NCBI RefSeq assembly: GCF_001194135.2
Contig: NC_068998.1
Span: forward strand, 51,686,981-51,750,980
DNA: 64,000 bases
Direction: 5' to 3'
Source of the DNA: Octopus bimaculoides
Lineage: Eukaryota
Shown here: positions 10,779-24,146 of the stretch, in pieces
Layout of the letters: the number at the start of each line of letters is the position of its first letter
Position numbering within the stretch: the first letter of the stretch is position 1
Notes under the pieces: model-generated
The model's database searches: none
What the model was told of the DNA's origin: nothing
What the model saw: the letters and a program-made list of their open reading frames with translations, nothing else
Made by a program: the position numbers and the translations under genes

Positions 10779-13081
10779 AATATATAAAAAAAATAATATA
10801 TAAAAAAATAAATATACCAATACATTATATTGTCTTTGAGCTTTTGAAGTTCAATGGTAGTTCATGTAGATAATGGTTGGAAAAATAAGGATGCATGAGA
10901 ATTGAGAGTTGTGTTAGGGTTAAAAAAGGGCTAAAAGTTTGTGTTAAGCAGGAAGTGTGGTGTCAAAACAGGAAGTGTGTGTAAGGGGAGACAAATGCTT
11001 TTAGTTGGTGTTATGAATTCTTTTTTAACAGGAAGTTTATGTCTGTTCCTAGAGAAATAAGGTCACTGAGGGGTATGTGTTTTAAGAAATGGTTGGAATT
11101 TCTCTATGAAAAGGTTCTCCTTGTATTTTAAATATTATAAATACTCTATAAAATCATAGTATTTGGATATTTGGATTACTAGTCAGATAAATATTTCTTT
11201 TTGCAGAAAACATGGATGAAAGATGTTTGTTTTACATTTACATATATGTTAATGTATTCTGAACATAATGTATTTTGAAACTGCAGTGTCAATCTTGACT
11301 GAAGATAAAGATGTTGGGTTTTTTTCTTGATTTTTCTCATTTTGTTTGTTTTTATTTTTGTTGTTGCTTTTGAGTGTCTAAACCACTCAGTAAGTAAAGA
11401 CGTGGGTTCTGTCTACTGGATAAACTTTGGCACCAAAATGAAGCCAATAAATCAAATATGTTTATTACCAAGGAAGGGATTTGTTTCAAAAGACAACTAG
11501 ATCTCAATTTAATAATGTATAGACAAATTTCTACTGTTTTGTATCACTTGTATTTCAATCATTAGTGAAAACATAAATCCTCTTGTCAAAATTAAATCCG
11601 TTAGTATTCTAAAAATGAAAAAAAAAATATATATATATATATATATGACTTCACTGAAGTTATATTTATAGTAATTTCAAATTAATAATAAATAATGGAT
11701 CCATTTTAATTTTATCCTTTTAATGAAATCTAATAACAAGAAAGACCTCAAATAAGAAAGCTTTATTTAGGTTCCATATATATAATTACATTAGTAAGGT
11801 CTTGGATATTCTATAAAGCTAATATTGGTTATTTTTTGTTTTGAAATTCGACCAGGTGAGAGAGGATGAAACTCTTGAATTCCTGGGAGGCTTCAATGTT
11901 GGTGCCAAAGTTAGGTCAGTGACTTCTGTTTGTTTTTGTTTGTTTAATTTTTTTCTTTATTTCATATTATTTTACTCATTTTGTCCATTTTATTTTTCAT
12001 ACTACTCCAGTCACTTTTATTATTATTATTATTATTATAATTATTTTGCAATATCCATGATGATCACTGGCTGTCATTGGTGATGAGGAATACCAACCAT
12101 GTTTCCTGCGCCCCCCCCCCACTACCAGTAATATATTTCAAGCCTTCAATTCTGCAAACTCTTAAGTTATTTCTCCTATCATAATTTGTTTTACATATTG
12201 ACATAGGAAGGGGATATGTTTAACCTTTTCATCTGATGTATTTATAGAGCAGCTCATTATTAATTATTATCATATACCAAGGATCTAAAGAAATACAGAT
12301 TGAAAACTTGTCAACATCTACAAAACAGGTGTTCTCTTCTCTCTTTACATCTCTCTCTTTCCCCCCCCTCTCTTTTTCTCTCTCTCTCTCTCTCTCGTGC
12401 TTTTCAATTACTTTATCATTATTTCTCTTGTTCTCACACTTTCTTTCTCTCTCTCTCTCTCTCTTCAAATTTTCCTCTTAACCTGCCCACTATTTCTCAA
12501 AAACATCAGCTACACAGATTAAGCTGTTTTAATTCACTCTGATGACTTTTATTTATTTTTTCCCTCTTCAGGGTTGGTCATGAGGTCACAAAGTACAAAC
12601 ATCTTAATACTTCCATATTTACTGCTTTGCCATCAGCACTTACTTTCATAAAATATATTTCTGTGAATTGTCATTTTTTTAATTTTATTTATTATTTATT
12701 TTTTGGTTTTGTTATAGAGCTACTTCTCCTGAGTTAGAAATTTTATTTCCTATGATTAATAGTAAAAATGAACCATTATTACTGACTTAGTATATGCACA
12801 TCCTACTTACACACAACCAGTAACTGACATCCACCCATGCTAGCATAGAAAAAAACAACCCTATAAACTCATAATTGATCCCATTGCAAACAGGGAAGAG
12901 TAAGCATTGAAATGATGATGATGATGATGATGTGTGTGTGTGTGTGTGTGTGTATAATACATGTAATTGCATGTGTGCAAGTGCGTGTGTTTGTATAGAT
13001 ATATCAATCATTATTATGTCTGCATGTTTTATGCTAGCATGTGTGTTTATGATGCAAGTGTATAATAGTGTGTGTGTGTTT

Positions 13082-13310
13082 CATCATCATCGTTTAACAT
13101 GTTTTCCATGCTGGCATGGGTTGGCCAGTTTGACAGGAGCTGGCAGCTGGAGAACTGCCCAGGCTCCATTTGTCTGTTTTAGCATGGTTTCTTCAGCCGG
13201 ATGCCCTTCCTAATGCCATCTACTTTACAGAATGTACCAGATGCTTTTAACGTAACTACCAATATAGGTGCTTTTATGTGGCACCAGCACCCACAAGCCC
13301 AAAAGACAAG
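13082..13310 (-). mobile_element. Family B repeat with (GAT)n tail
   Basis: CATCATCATCGTTTAAC..TTTTCCATGCTGGCATGGGTTGG..GGATGCCCTTCCTAATGCC..GTGGCACCAGCAC; related copies at about 968-1045(+), 17366-17688(-), 26290-26440(+), 27890-28075(-), 35865-36075(-) and 51090-51210(+). Confidence 0.7.
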
Positions 13311-15775
13311 GATCTTTCAGCTAAGAAAGGGATGTAGTAGAGGACATGCCTGTATGCATGGACATCCATGATTTTCCTCAACTTGTGTGTGTGTGTGTGT
13401 GGAATTGTTTTTATGTCTGCATTTTCTATGCTAACATGGCTTAAAGAAGACCTGTTTAGGTGATCTCCTTTGATGGATACCCTTCATGTAGCCAACCCTT
13501 GTTTCCAAATGAACTACTTATTCCCCTGGTCTTTTACGTGGCAAACTGTACAATGGCCAGAATATGTCGTTACAGTGAATGTAAACATTGACACCATCTA
13601 AATAGTTTCATTGTTTACACTTAGAAATTGTTTATGCTTAAGAGTAGACCAAGTACAAGGTGGTTGGATAACATCCATAGTGTCAATAGGTCATGCCTGG
13701 GAATCCATCCAGAAAGTGTTGACGGTTGCTTTTAATAAGACCCTATAGAGGAAGTACTTGAAAAGTCTTCCTCTGAAGCCCTTCCAGACATAGAGGGCAG
13801 AGAAGATGGCTGACTATAATAATTATAATACAGTTTGCTAGAGCAGAAAAAGAACAAAGGGAATGAAATCCCCCATTATGCTTTGCTATTTGCCCTTCTT
13901 TTCAACTGTGTAGTTTCTTTGTTTCTTCGTTTTTAACTGATTGTTATTAAAATAAATTCATTTCTGAAGAGTAATATATCCAATATGTTACTGATAACCT
14001 ACATAGCTAATAAAGTAAACAGCAGGAGATGAGGAAACTAGAGTTTGTTAGTGGTGGTTGGCAATTAATTGGTGAGGATAAATGGTTCATAAAAGTGGAA
14101 TGAATTGATGTGAAGAGGGAAAGAAAAAAATAAAAGCAAAATAATTTTCTGATGAAGGACAGTGTCCAAAACTTTAAACATTTTCTTTCTGACAGCAAAC
14201 CAATTTGTTCCACTTACGAACTGTTTATGGAGCTAATAAATGTTCTAATACAATACTTTTTATCTTTTATCCTTTTCTTTTCCTTCAGGAGATGAAAATC
14301 GTGTAAAGATATTTGGTATTTCACTTACCATTGTTTTCTTAAGTATCTGTGCTAATGCACAGATAATCTTGTTAGCTCACTATTTAGTCTTTTAGTGTGG
14401 AGTCTAGTTTTGCTTTTGTTGTCGAGTATATCACTAGAGTCTCTATTATCAGACATAAAGAGGATTGACAGGTTTTTAGTTTTGGTCTTTAGTGATTTAA
14501 AGTTCATTTTCTTGTATTTTCATTTATCCAAGAATTTATGGGTGGGTATGCATGCTAATCAGAATGTCAGGTAATCGAAAGATAACTGGAATTCTGTGGT
14601 ATTTATTTGTCTGCAATGATATTTATTCTCAGTAGTGCTACTTAACTATCTCTTCCTTTTTGTTATTCTTTTACTGGCTTCAAACTTTGGATTGCAATCA
14701 TGCTGAGATATTGCTTTCTAGGGTTTTAGCCAACTACACCAAATACAGTATTTCGATGTCTATTTTATCAATTTCTGTTTAGCAAGTTATGGAGCACAGA
14801 ATAGACACAAACATAGACAAACATGCATAGTGTTCATGTATGAATGCATCTATACACATACAAACACATCCATACATTTGTCTGTACATACATGCATTTG
14901 TTCATATGTTTGTACATACATAAATTTGTACATACATACATTCATATGTACATATGTATGAAAGGCTTCTCTCCAGTTTCTATTTACCAAATTCCACTAA
15001 CAAGGTATTGATCATCAGCCTAAAGCAGCACAATGGAAGACACATGACCAAGGTGATATGCAGTTGAAACAAACCCAGAATTACATGGTTCTGCCTGCAA
15101 TCTTTTTTTATTTACCAATTTTCTATAATATTAATAACATGGTTTTGTTATTAAGAAACTACAGGAAGACCCTTTCATACAATATTGTGTAGTAAGATCA
15201 CACCTAGAACCACCAAAGCAAAATTCTTACATACATTATAAGACATGCAGATACTTTATGATATCTTAATTTTCTTAAATGATAACAATATGCTTGTAAT
15301 ATTTTGTTTAGAAGACTCACCTTCCTCTTCAGTGTTTCATATATTTTCTAATTTGAAGGATTTCATGTGTTTCTAAGATTACAATTCAAATTTTTGAAAT
15401 TACTTCCTGTTACATTATTATATTCATTTCTTTGCTTTGATGAAATGTATGACTAGAAACATTAGGCATTGTTTCATCTACAAGAATAAACACCACTTCA
15501 GTTTGACTCTGGTACTGACAGAGAACATTCACTTTTTTTTTTTAAATCAATTTTAGAAATATTATGTGTGTGTGATATATAAAGTATGTTCAAAAATTGC
15601 TCTCTCTTCTTTCTTTTGACGACAACTTTTTTGAGGAAGCGATACACATTGCATATTGTAACAGATATGGTTTATTCAAATAGAATTCTTTCCTTGTGAC
15701 TTGAGATTCACACCACATCAATCTCACCTGACAGAATACTAAGTACATATAGAGAGACAGAGACAGAAAAACAGA

Positions 15776-15821
<46 letters not shown>

Positions 15822-16394
15822 GAGAGAGAGACAGAGAGAAACATACATATACACACATGCGCACACACCTAGTTCTTTTACTACTTCACAGTTGAGTAGT
15901 TAACAGTAGGATGTGCATCCAGCTGTAAAATCAATTTCTTGCAACAGAACAACGAAAACATGGTTAACTATACTTGGGAAAGTGATTGCAAAATATCCCT
16001 GAAATAACATAATATATATTCATTACATGTCTAAATGTCTGAGATAAATTGATGTGAATAACATTAGAAGTTTTTGGACTATTAACATCTTTAGAGAGGA
16101 ATATTTTTCTTTTAATATTCACATGTGCACTAAGTTTCAATCACTTTCATCTCCAGTCGTGATCATGTGTGTTATTTTCGGATGTGAATGGTCTGATATT
16201 ATGCAGACGTTCAGGAATTAGATAACTGATGACAGTCAGATCTGAAATCGATTGAAAGATTATGTAGGTGTAAATATTTTAAAAAAATTTCAACTCTCAA
16301 AATAAGAGAATTTTTTAACTTCTTTTTTTTTTAGATACTCATTTAGTTGAGCTCAGAATCTTTTTTTTTTAATTCTATCAGACATGTTTTTATT

Positions 16395-16790
16395 GTTAAG
16401 AATTTTGCTTCCAAAACCACATGGTTTTGGATTCACTCCCACTATGTGGTAACTTGAACAAGCGACTTCTACCATGGCCTTAGGCTGACCAAAACCTTAT
16501 GAGTGGATCTGGATGATGGAAACTGAAAGAAGCCCATCATGAGTGTGGGTATTTGTTTCTGTGTGTGCCTTCTTGACATGACAATCTGTGATAGTTGTAA
16601 ATGAGCATCACTGTCATACAAGCAGTGCCATTTATTCCAGTTTTTATGAAAACAATCATGGGAAAATATTACATTGCTTGATAACAAGTGAGGGTTAGCA
16701 ACAGGAAGGGCATCCATCTGCAGAAAATCTGCCTCAATGAATTACATCTAACTCATTCAAGCAGAGAAGTATGGGATAGCGAATGGAACA
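16395..16790 (+). mobile_element. Family A head joined to a family B-type tail
   Basis: A-type centre (CCAAAACCTTATGAGTGGAT..AAACTGAAAGAAGCCC) followed by GTTAGCAACAGGAAGGGCATCC and a GAT-rich end; similar minus copies at about 23065-23365 and 30480-30850. Confidence 0.6.
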
Positions 16791-17365
16791 ACTATTGGTG
16801 ATAGTGATGTTGATGATGTTACGTTATTCTATTTAGATTGTGAATCTTTATTTTGTAATTTCTATTCTAGCTAACTCCTTATTGTTCTATAATATTCCAT
16901 CAGTATTCTGGTATTGCTGTAATGGAACCATTTAAACAAAGCCAATACTCTTTTAATGGATTTTCTTCTTTCTCTTGAGAAGATAAAATCATTTGTAAAT
17001 ATCAGCTCATTGGATATTGTATTCCAGATACTCAGTGCCTGAAAGTAATAGATCATACATTAACTCCTTCAGAACTGGTCGGGAATTAACAACAACAACA
17101 ACATTTACACTAAAGAAACTTTCATCTAACTCTGTTCGATCTGAACCACTACCGAATAAATTGTATTCATGGTGATTAAATCTAAGTTGATTATCAGTTT
17201 TATAAAATTAAATGTGATCTTTAAAAGAAAAACAAAGAAAACAATTCAAATTATTGAAGGAAATCAATTAATCTTGTACAAAAACTAAAACAAGAGGAAA
17301 AAATTGATGAATATTTCCAGTTTAATTCACAAAAATTTAAAGTAGGTATAGATCTTGAAAATCAC

Positions 17366-17688
17366 ACTTAATCATCATTATCATTTAACATCCATCTTTC
17401 AGGCATGCATGAGTAAGACAGTTAACAGGAGCTGGCCAAGTAGAGAAACTACCCTATGTTACTGTGTCTGTTTTGGCAGGTTTTTTTACAGCTGGATGCC
17501 CTTCCTAACACCAACCACTCTGCAGAGTGGACTCAATGTTTCTTATGTGGCACTAGCACAGGCGACGTTAGTTTTGGCATGATTTTTATAGCTGGTTGTT
17601 CTTGCAAATGCCAACCACTTTACAGTGTGAACTAGATGCTTTTTACGTGGCACCAGCACTGGCATGGTCACCATGTAACTCACAAGAC
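17366..17688 (-). mobile_element. Family B repeat with a duplicated GGATGCCCTTCC module
   Basis: GCTGGATGCCCTTCCTAACACCAACCAC and GCTGGTTGTTCTTGCAAATGCCAACCAC in tandem. Confidence 0.65.
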
Positions 17689-17937
17689 AAAGAAGCATAA
17701 AAGTTCACAGTTCAACTTTCCGATTATGTAGAAGTAAGTCCATGAGTCCTATCCTTTTGCCATTTATTAGCCATCTCCGCTGCCATTCTGTTATTAAATG
17801 TTGATTCATTCACATCTATTTCTGGATATTTATACTATTAGGACTTTAACCTACTAGGATTTACACAGGATTGCATCTAAGGACTTACGGACTGCTACAT
17901 GATCAGAAAGTTTAACTGTGAACTTTTATGCTTCTTT
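17689..17937. repeat. Fold-back element with ~58-bp inverted arms
   Basis: AAAGAAGCATAAAAGTTCACAGTTCAACTTTCCGATTATGTAG..GAGTCCT (17689-17750) versus the reverse complement of 17880-17937. Confidence 0.85.
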
Positions 17938-19056
17938 TTTCTTCTCTTTCTTCATCTCTTTATTCCTTTTCTCTGGTCCTCTGTGTTGTACTTTTATTAA
18001 TTCTATACCCTTCTCATTCTCCCTATTTGTCTCCAATGACGGAATATCCCAAATATTTAGTTCCAGATCGGTTCTGATTGAGTAGCTTTATGATCTTTTA
18101 CTTTCAGGTATCGAATATCTAGAATGCATTATCCAAAATGTTGATATTGATAAATGTCAATTTGAATTGTTCATAATTGAAGTAAAAGTTTCAATGCTAA
18201 TTTCATGTAAGAACTTGTACTGACAATACAGTTATCAAGCTTTGTATTGAAAAATGTTAATTATTTTTACTAAATCCTTCCAAATTGTTTTAAAAATTCA
18301 TTGAAAAACATGCTGTGTGTATTTCATGAGAAATTTGATTATAGAAGAGTTAATATATTTTACTGTGAGAATAACTTTTCAAGTTTTTAATCATTTTTTT
18401 TTTTTCTCTTTTGAAAAAACATAAAACATTTCAAAAAGTAATTCTATTTAGAAATATTAATAAGAAAAATTGATCTAAAACATTTTGACATGTTTTATTC
18501 CCCCACCCCAGGGCTTACATACACTTTTGAGTGACTTTCCGTTTTCTCATTTGTTTCCTTTTTCTCACTTATTTTCAAATAAAGCTATAGGAAATAGGTT
18601 TCAAAAAGATGCTGAACTAATTCCCATATATGAAAGCTTGGACTTGGAACTTCTTTTCACTAACTGTATATTTATTTAAATTTATTTATATCTACCTCTA
18701 GATTAAAATGCTTCCAAAATATTGTTGTTATATTCTCAAAAGATAGTCTCTGTCTATTTGGTGACAAATTTAGAATACTTAAAAGGAAGTAGTGTTCATT
18801 GAATATTTTTGCCTATATTTCTTTGTGTCTCCTGTGCATAGTGACAGTGAAAAATAAAGAATATTGTCATTCACTTTTCTTTATTAGATATGTTAAATGA
18901 ATTGAGTTTTATCAGATCTATTCATATAAAATCAATATAGTTGCTTAGCAACTATTAGCTGATGATGCTGGTCACACAAGAAACATCCCGGATTCATTGT
19001 CTTACTTCAATGGCATATAGAGTACTTCAATAGAGAATTAACATTATTATTATTAC

Positions 19057-19087
<31 letters not shown>

Positions 19088-19799
19088 CTCTAGCTAATTA
19101 CAAAATACATAATCATAACATTGCTTTTTGTTTTTTTCCGCTTTTTATTTTTAGTCAATATTGTCAGTAAATTTTCTTTTCTCTGAATGAGCTGATATAT
19201 GAATGGCATAGAGATAAATGTCATCTTCCTGCTCTAAGAGGATGTCTGTAAGGTGTGAGCAAATGTTCTCTTCTTTGGAAAGAAAAACAAATAAGAAAAC
19301 TGGCTGCAATTGTTGAAGATGTATGCAATTTCAGCTCGCCACCTCTGTATTATGGGTGGATAGGAAGAGAATAGAAAAGCAATTTAGATCACTCCTACAC
19401 ATAGCTAGCTGATTGTTTATTAAGAGTTGCCAGAGTAGGTAAAATGCAAAGAGATTTAGTGAACTTGATCTGATGGATTTGCACTAAAGTCTAATAGATT
19501 GACTAGATTAAAGTGTCCATGAGCAAGCAAACATTATATGTTGCTTGTTGGAGAAGTAAAAGCTAACATAAGTAGTTCGTTTTGAATGGATGACAGAAAT
19601 AGATGAGTCAAAATCTAAAGGAAAACAAATAATCTAAAGTAAACTTTAAAATACAATGCTTTCCTAACTTAAAAATAATTGTCTTTGGCATACTTTTTAG
19701 CGGTTGGTTCTAAATGTGTTAGACCAGAGGTAAAAAGGTATTGTTCAATTTATAGACATTGCAGCCAACATAAAAATGTTTTTTTTATTTATTCTTCTC

Positions 19800-19997
19800 T
19801 CCTCAAGGCCACAGCATCCTTAGTTCTGTGATACAAATTTACTGCTTTAAAGTGATTTAAATTAAAACCTTCATGTTAGCTTGTGTTCCAAACACCAGCT
19901 TAATAATGACAAAGCTGTTTTACTAAACTCTATTATTTTCGGAATTATTTAAACAGAAGCAGTGCATTTTAACAGAAATATGGTATCAGAAGGGCTA
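19800..19997. mobile_element. Copy of the 37221 MITE family (opposite orientation)
   Basis: TGTTCCAAACACCAGCTTAATAATGACAAAG..AACAGAAATATGGTATCAGAAGGGCTAA. Confidence 0.6.
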
Positions 19998-22044
19998 AAA
20001 TTATCAAACTGTTAAAAATTGGAGCTTAAATCTTGCTCGAATCATACTTTACTCCCTAATTAGAAGAAGGGTATATTGGACAATGTAGTCCTTGATATTT
20101 AAAGAAATGGAATGCCTTTAACCATAGGTCTGCCGAATCAGGTCCTATCTGGGGCAAAACAAACAACCAGCCTAATTTCCTTGGAATCAAGTGTTTCACT
20201 TTATAGTAATGTTTGATTCCATTGTTGTTTGTGAATATTTATAAGTTTAACTGATGTGAAAATATGCATGTTATATATTGTTAAAGAACATAATTTCTCT
20301 AGAAAAACATTGCATGTTCCTTACAGGATATCAGCTTGAATCAGACAAACACAACAAAGAAATATTTTAGATAGTGCTTCAAAACCTTAATTACCTTGAA
20401 ATAATGAGAATTGGAGAGAAATCTGCCTACATTAATAATTTTAGCTTTAAACAATTGTATTTTCTCTTATGCTATTAATATCATTTATTTCTATTGTAAT
20501 GAGGGATACAAAAAAAAAAAAAGAAAAATCACATTGCATTAATCAATTGTGCTTTAACATGGTGGTTTTAAATCTTCCCTTATTTCTGTTATTATTTTTT
20601 TCTTAATTTCTTTATGTACTTTTTTTCTTTTGATACTTTTATCTTAAGCACTATATAGCTTGCTATTCTGTACTAAACAACTAGAAATTTTATTTTTTTT
20701 ACTTATGTATAAGCCTCTAAGTATCAATGGTTGTCATACAACGAAAGTTTATCAATAGATATGATTTTGTTGGGAATTAAACTTATGAAATTTCTTTTTT
20801 CAGTATTTATCATTTTTTTTTCTATGTTTTTCTCAGATTTTTTTTTTCAAAACTTGATGGTGTTGAATTAAATTGACTGAGTATTTGATGGATACTTTAT
20901 GTTATTGACTCTGGAAGGATATGAAGCAAAGTCAGCCTTGATAGGACTTGAGCTCAAAACATAGAACTAGGTCAAAATTGCAGGTTATTTTGTCTTCTGG
21001 CATTAACAATTCTTCTGATCCACTGCCTAACAGTAATAATAATAATTGCTTGCAAAACCCTAAATTTTAGATGTGTTTATAGTTGATTATATCAACCCCA
21101 GTAATTAACTGGTGAGATTTGAACGCAGAAATAATTATTACTGTCCTATTTTTGCAAAGTTTAGGTTTCCTCTTAATTTCTTTTCACCGTTTTCAAGAAA
21201 CCACCATTAAAATCTTTTGTTTATTTATCTACGTAAAGAAAGACTTGATCCTATATTTAAATATTAGATTGAAAGAATCTTTTTTTCTTTCTTTCCCTTC
21301 TTTGGAAAAACAAAACAATAGAAATGAAACAATGAAATTTTCTGCTTCAATGGCTTTTTTAACATTTCAATGGTTGAATGGATAATCTTGAATTTCCTCG
21401 TTATGTTTGTCTTTCACGCTGAACCTTCATTATCTTCAGTTATCATCAATTTCATTAAAACTAAAATAGAAAGTTCAACTATCCTTGTGGGATAATACGA
21501 TCATGGTTGTTTGTTAGGCTGATGAAATCTTTATCTGCTTCATTTCTATATGCTGGATTATTTAAGTGTTAATAGAGAAATAAAACATTTATGAAGATGT
21601 TTTTCACATTCTAGAAGTTATATATAGTTTATTATGTATAGTATAACAAGATTCTAACCATTTTTCTAATGAACTTATGAGAGAACCTTTACACAGTTGT
21701 TCAAATCTCACCAGGGGATACATTGATTAATATCGCCCTAGATAACCATAGATAGAGGTAATGCTCATGAGTGGAGCACCTCTGCTCTGTTAGGACTTAA
21801 CAGTCATGTGTGTGTGTATGTGTGTTTGTGTATTTGCACACTTTCTTTCTTTTATAGTTTTACTATTTTACCTGTGGATCTTTAACCCTTTGTGGATCCT
21901 TAAGTGTTGTTTTATGCTCCTTTATTCATTCGTCTCTCCCTATGTGTTGTATAAAAATATAAACGTCATAATCTGACACTGTCAATCCTTTTATTCTATT
22001 ATATACCACAGTATCAACCAGCCTGCCGGATGTTGTTATACTTT

Positions 22045-22193
22045 GCTAGTCACAGGGATTTTAGTCAAACAAATCAACCCCAGGACTTATTTTTTCAGCC
22101 TAGTACTTACTCTGCCAGTCTCTTTTGCTGAACCACTAAGTTACAGGAGCATAAACACAAGCAACACTGGTTGTCAAGTGGTGATGGGGGACA

Positions 22194-22233
<40 letters not shown>

Positions 22234-22290
22234 CAGAGGTATGCATATATATATATATATGATAGGCTTCTTTCAGTTTCCATCTACCAA
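22045..22290 (-). mobile_element. Family A SINE, 3' part
   Basis: AAATCAACCCCAGGACTTATT..GCTGAACCACTAAGTTAC..GGCTTCTTTCAGTTTCCATCTACCAA. Confidence 0.7.
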
Positions 22291-24075
22291 GTTTTTTTAC
22301 TGTTTTTGTACTAGGTGACATTCAGAGCATCATCTCAGAGGTTTTCAGCGAAGTTTCATGCTCCTTTGTATATGACATATATATTTATAATATATAATAT
22401 AATAATATATCGTGTGTGTATGTGTGTATTTTTTTTTATGTATAAACCTTTTCAAATGCTGCAACATCATTTGTAGACCTGTTCAAACACTGTGTTGTAA
22501 TTGTAGAAAATTATGGATAAACATGATACATTTATATGGTATTTTTTTCACTTTTTTTCCCTACGTAATAACAGGAAATAGACCTCTTCCTTTCTTGTTA
22601 GTAGAATAAAAGCATTAATAATTTCACAGCTTGTTGAACAACTATAAAGGTTAAATTAAGATATAATTCAGCATGGAATGTAACGGATCTTAATTTACAG
22701 TATCAATGAAGGCTAAGTTTACATAAATGTGCATGTGATAAAGCACATACATAAGTTAGTGAAATAATTTATGTTGCAGAAAAGATGTTATGGAAAATAG
22801 AAACAAAAAAAAAAAAAAGAAAATGTGTACCTTTTCATGTTTTACAGAAGTTAGGTAATTTATGTAGAAAAAATGTTCATGCCAGTGTTTTGTAAAGTTA
22901 AATGTAGAAATATAAAAGTTAAGCTTTTGTATAATAGTCAATCAGGAAGAATAAAACAACTTATATGTTTTTAAACTCTTTGAAAATACTCAAGGAAATG
23001 ATAACTGCTAGCTGGGTAAGATATATTAAGAGAAAATGAAATGAGATAGGATTCACCGTATCAGATTTTGTATAGTCAGATATCCTTCTTTTTGTCAACC
23101 CTCATCTGTTTCAAAGCAAAGTAATTTCCCCCCATGGCCGGACATTTTTTTTTTTCCACAAAAGACCTGAAATAAACTTCATCAATTGTATGGCAGTGAT
23201 GCTCATTTATAAACATTATGTGATGTTGAGACAAGGGTAGACATCACACACACACACACATATTTAAATACGGTTGGTCTGGAGCCATAGTAGAAAACAC
23301 TTGCCCCATGTGCCATGCAGTGGAACAGAACCATGTGGACTCAACTATAAAGCTTTGCCTATGCCTCTATAATTGTGTGTATATATTTGTATTTTTGTAT
23401 TTATGTCTGTATGCATATAGATCTTCGAAGTAGCTGAAGTGATAACGCTGTCAGTAATATATTTGAGTTCAATAACCATTTTATTATACTCTTTCTACAA
23501 AATTGTGACTTTATGCCAAAATTAGAAACCTCCATTTTATAAAAGTGGTAGCTTTTAGTAAATGGTCTGAGCCCCATTTTCAGTCAATGGTTGTAACCTG
23601 GTATACAAATAATATTTGAAGGAAAAGCATGGGCATTACAAAATCCAATTACTTCCATTCCATAAATTTGGAGCCTGGATGATATACCAGCTGTTGTCTT
23701 CTTTTCAAAATCACCTCTTTCGTGTGTTTTCACACACTCCACTAAATGTTGTTCTTTTACTTTTTCCTTATCTCACAAGGGAAATGACTGAAGATGTATA
23801 GATCTTGTAGGGTTTTGATGACTATGATTGTCGAACTATATATCAAGTTCATTTATGAAAGAGTTGTTGAAAAATTTGAAGTATGAAAAATATAGAATTG
23901 ATGAAGTATAGCAAAAATGATTTATTATTAACGAAGATCTCATTGAAATTTGTTAGAACCACTATTTTATTTAACTTTATATATATATATATGTGTGTGT
24001 GTGTGTATGTATATATAAATATGTATATATATGTACAAATATATATCTGTAAAAATATGTGACACTTATTCGGTA

Positions 24076-24146
24076 GCCATGATAAAACTCCAAGTTTCGG
24101 ATGCTGGGGTGGGAGCCCACGCCAAAATCTCTTCAGTTATCCGGCC
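24076..24146 (-). ncRNA. Type I hammerhead ribozyme with extended stem II
   Basis: Minus strand GATAA-CTGAAGA-GATTTTGG-C-GTGG(GCTC)CCAC-C-CCAGCATC-C-GAAAC-TTGGA-GT-T-TTATC: stem I GATAA/TTATC, about 11 of 13 pairs in stem II, stem III AC/GT, GUU cleavage triplet. Confidence 0.8.

Noticed and set aside
14260-14320. Strong + strand acceptor-like tracts (also about 12570, 28772, 55160 and 61630)
   Set aside because: No convincing reading frame or homology; could be UTR exons but cannot be shown from sequence alone.
15305-15335. Minus CTGAAGA-GGAAG..CTTC-TAAAC motif and a GTGAGT donor
   Set aside because: G12 is missing and there is no stem I; as an exon, frames from the plausible upstream acceptors hit stops.
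16220-16262. CTGATGA..GAAATCGAT hammerhead-like string
   Set aside because: Stem II has only 2 bp and there is no stem I; at best a decayed relic.
18025-18065. CCAATGA-CGGAATATCC-CAAAT hammerhead-like string
   Set aside because: Core mismatched at several invariant positions.
19430-19530. MQRDLVNLI*W, like the CR1/L2 motif LQxDLxxLxxW
   Set aside because: Single short motif with no flanking RT motifs.
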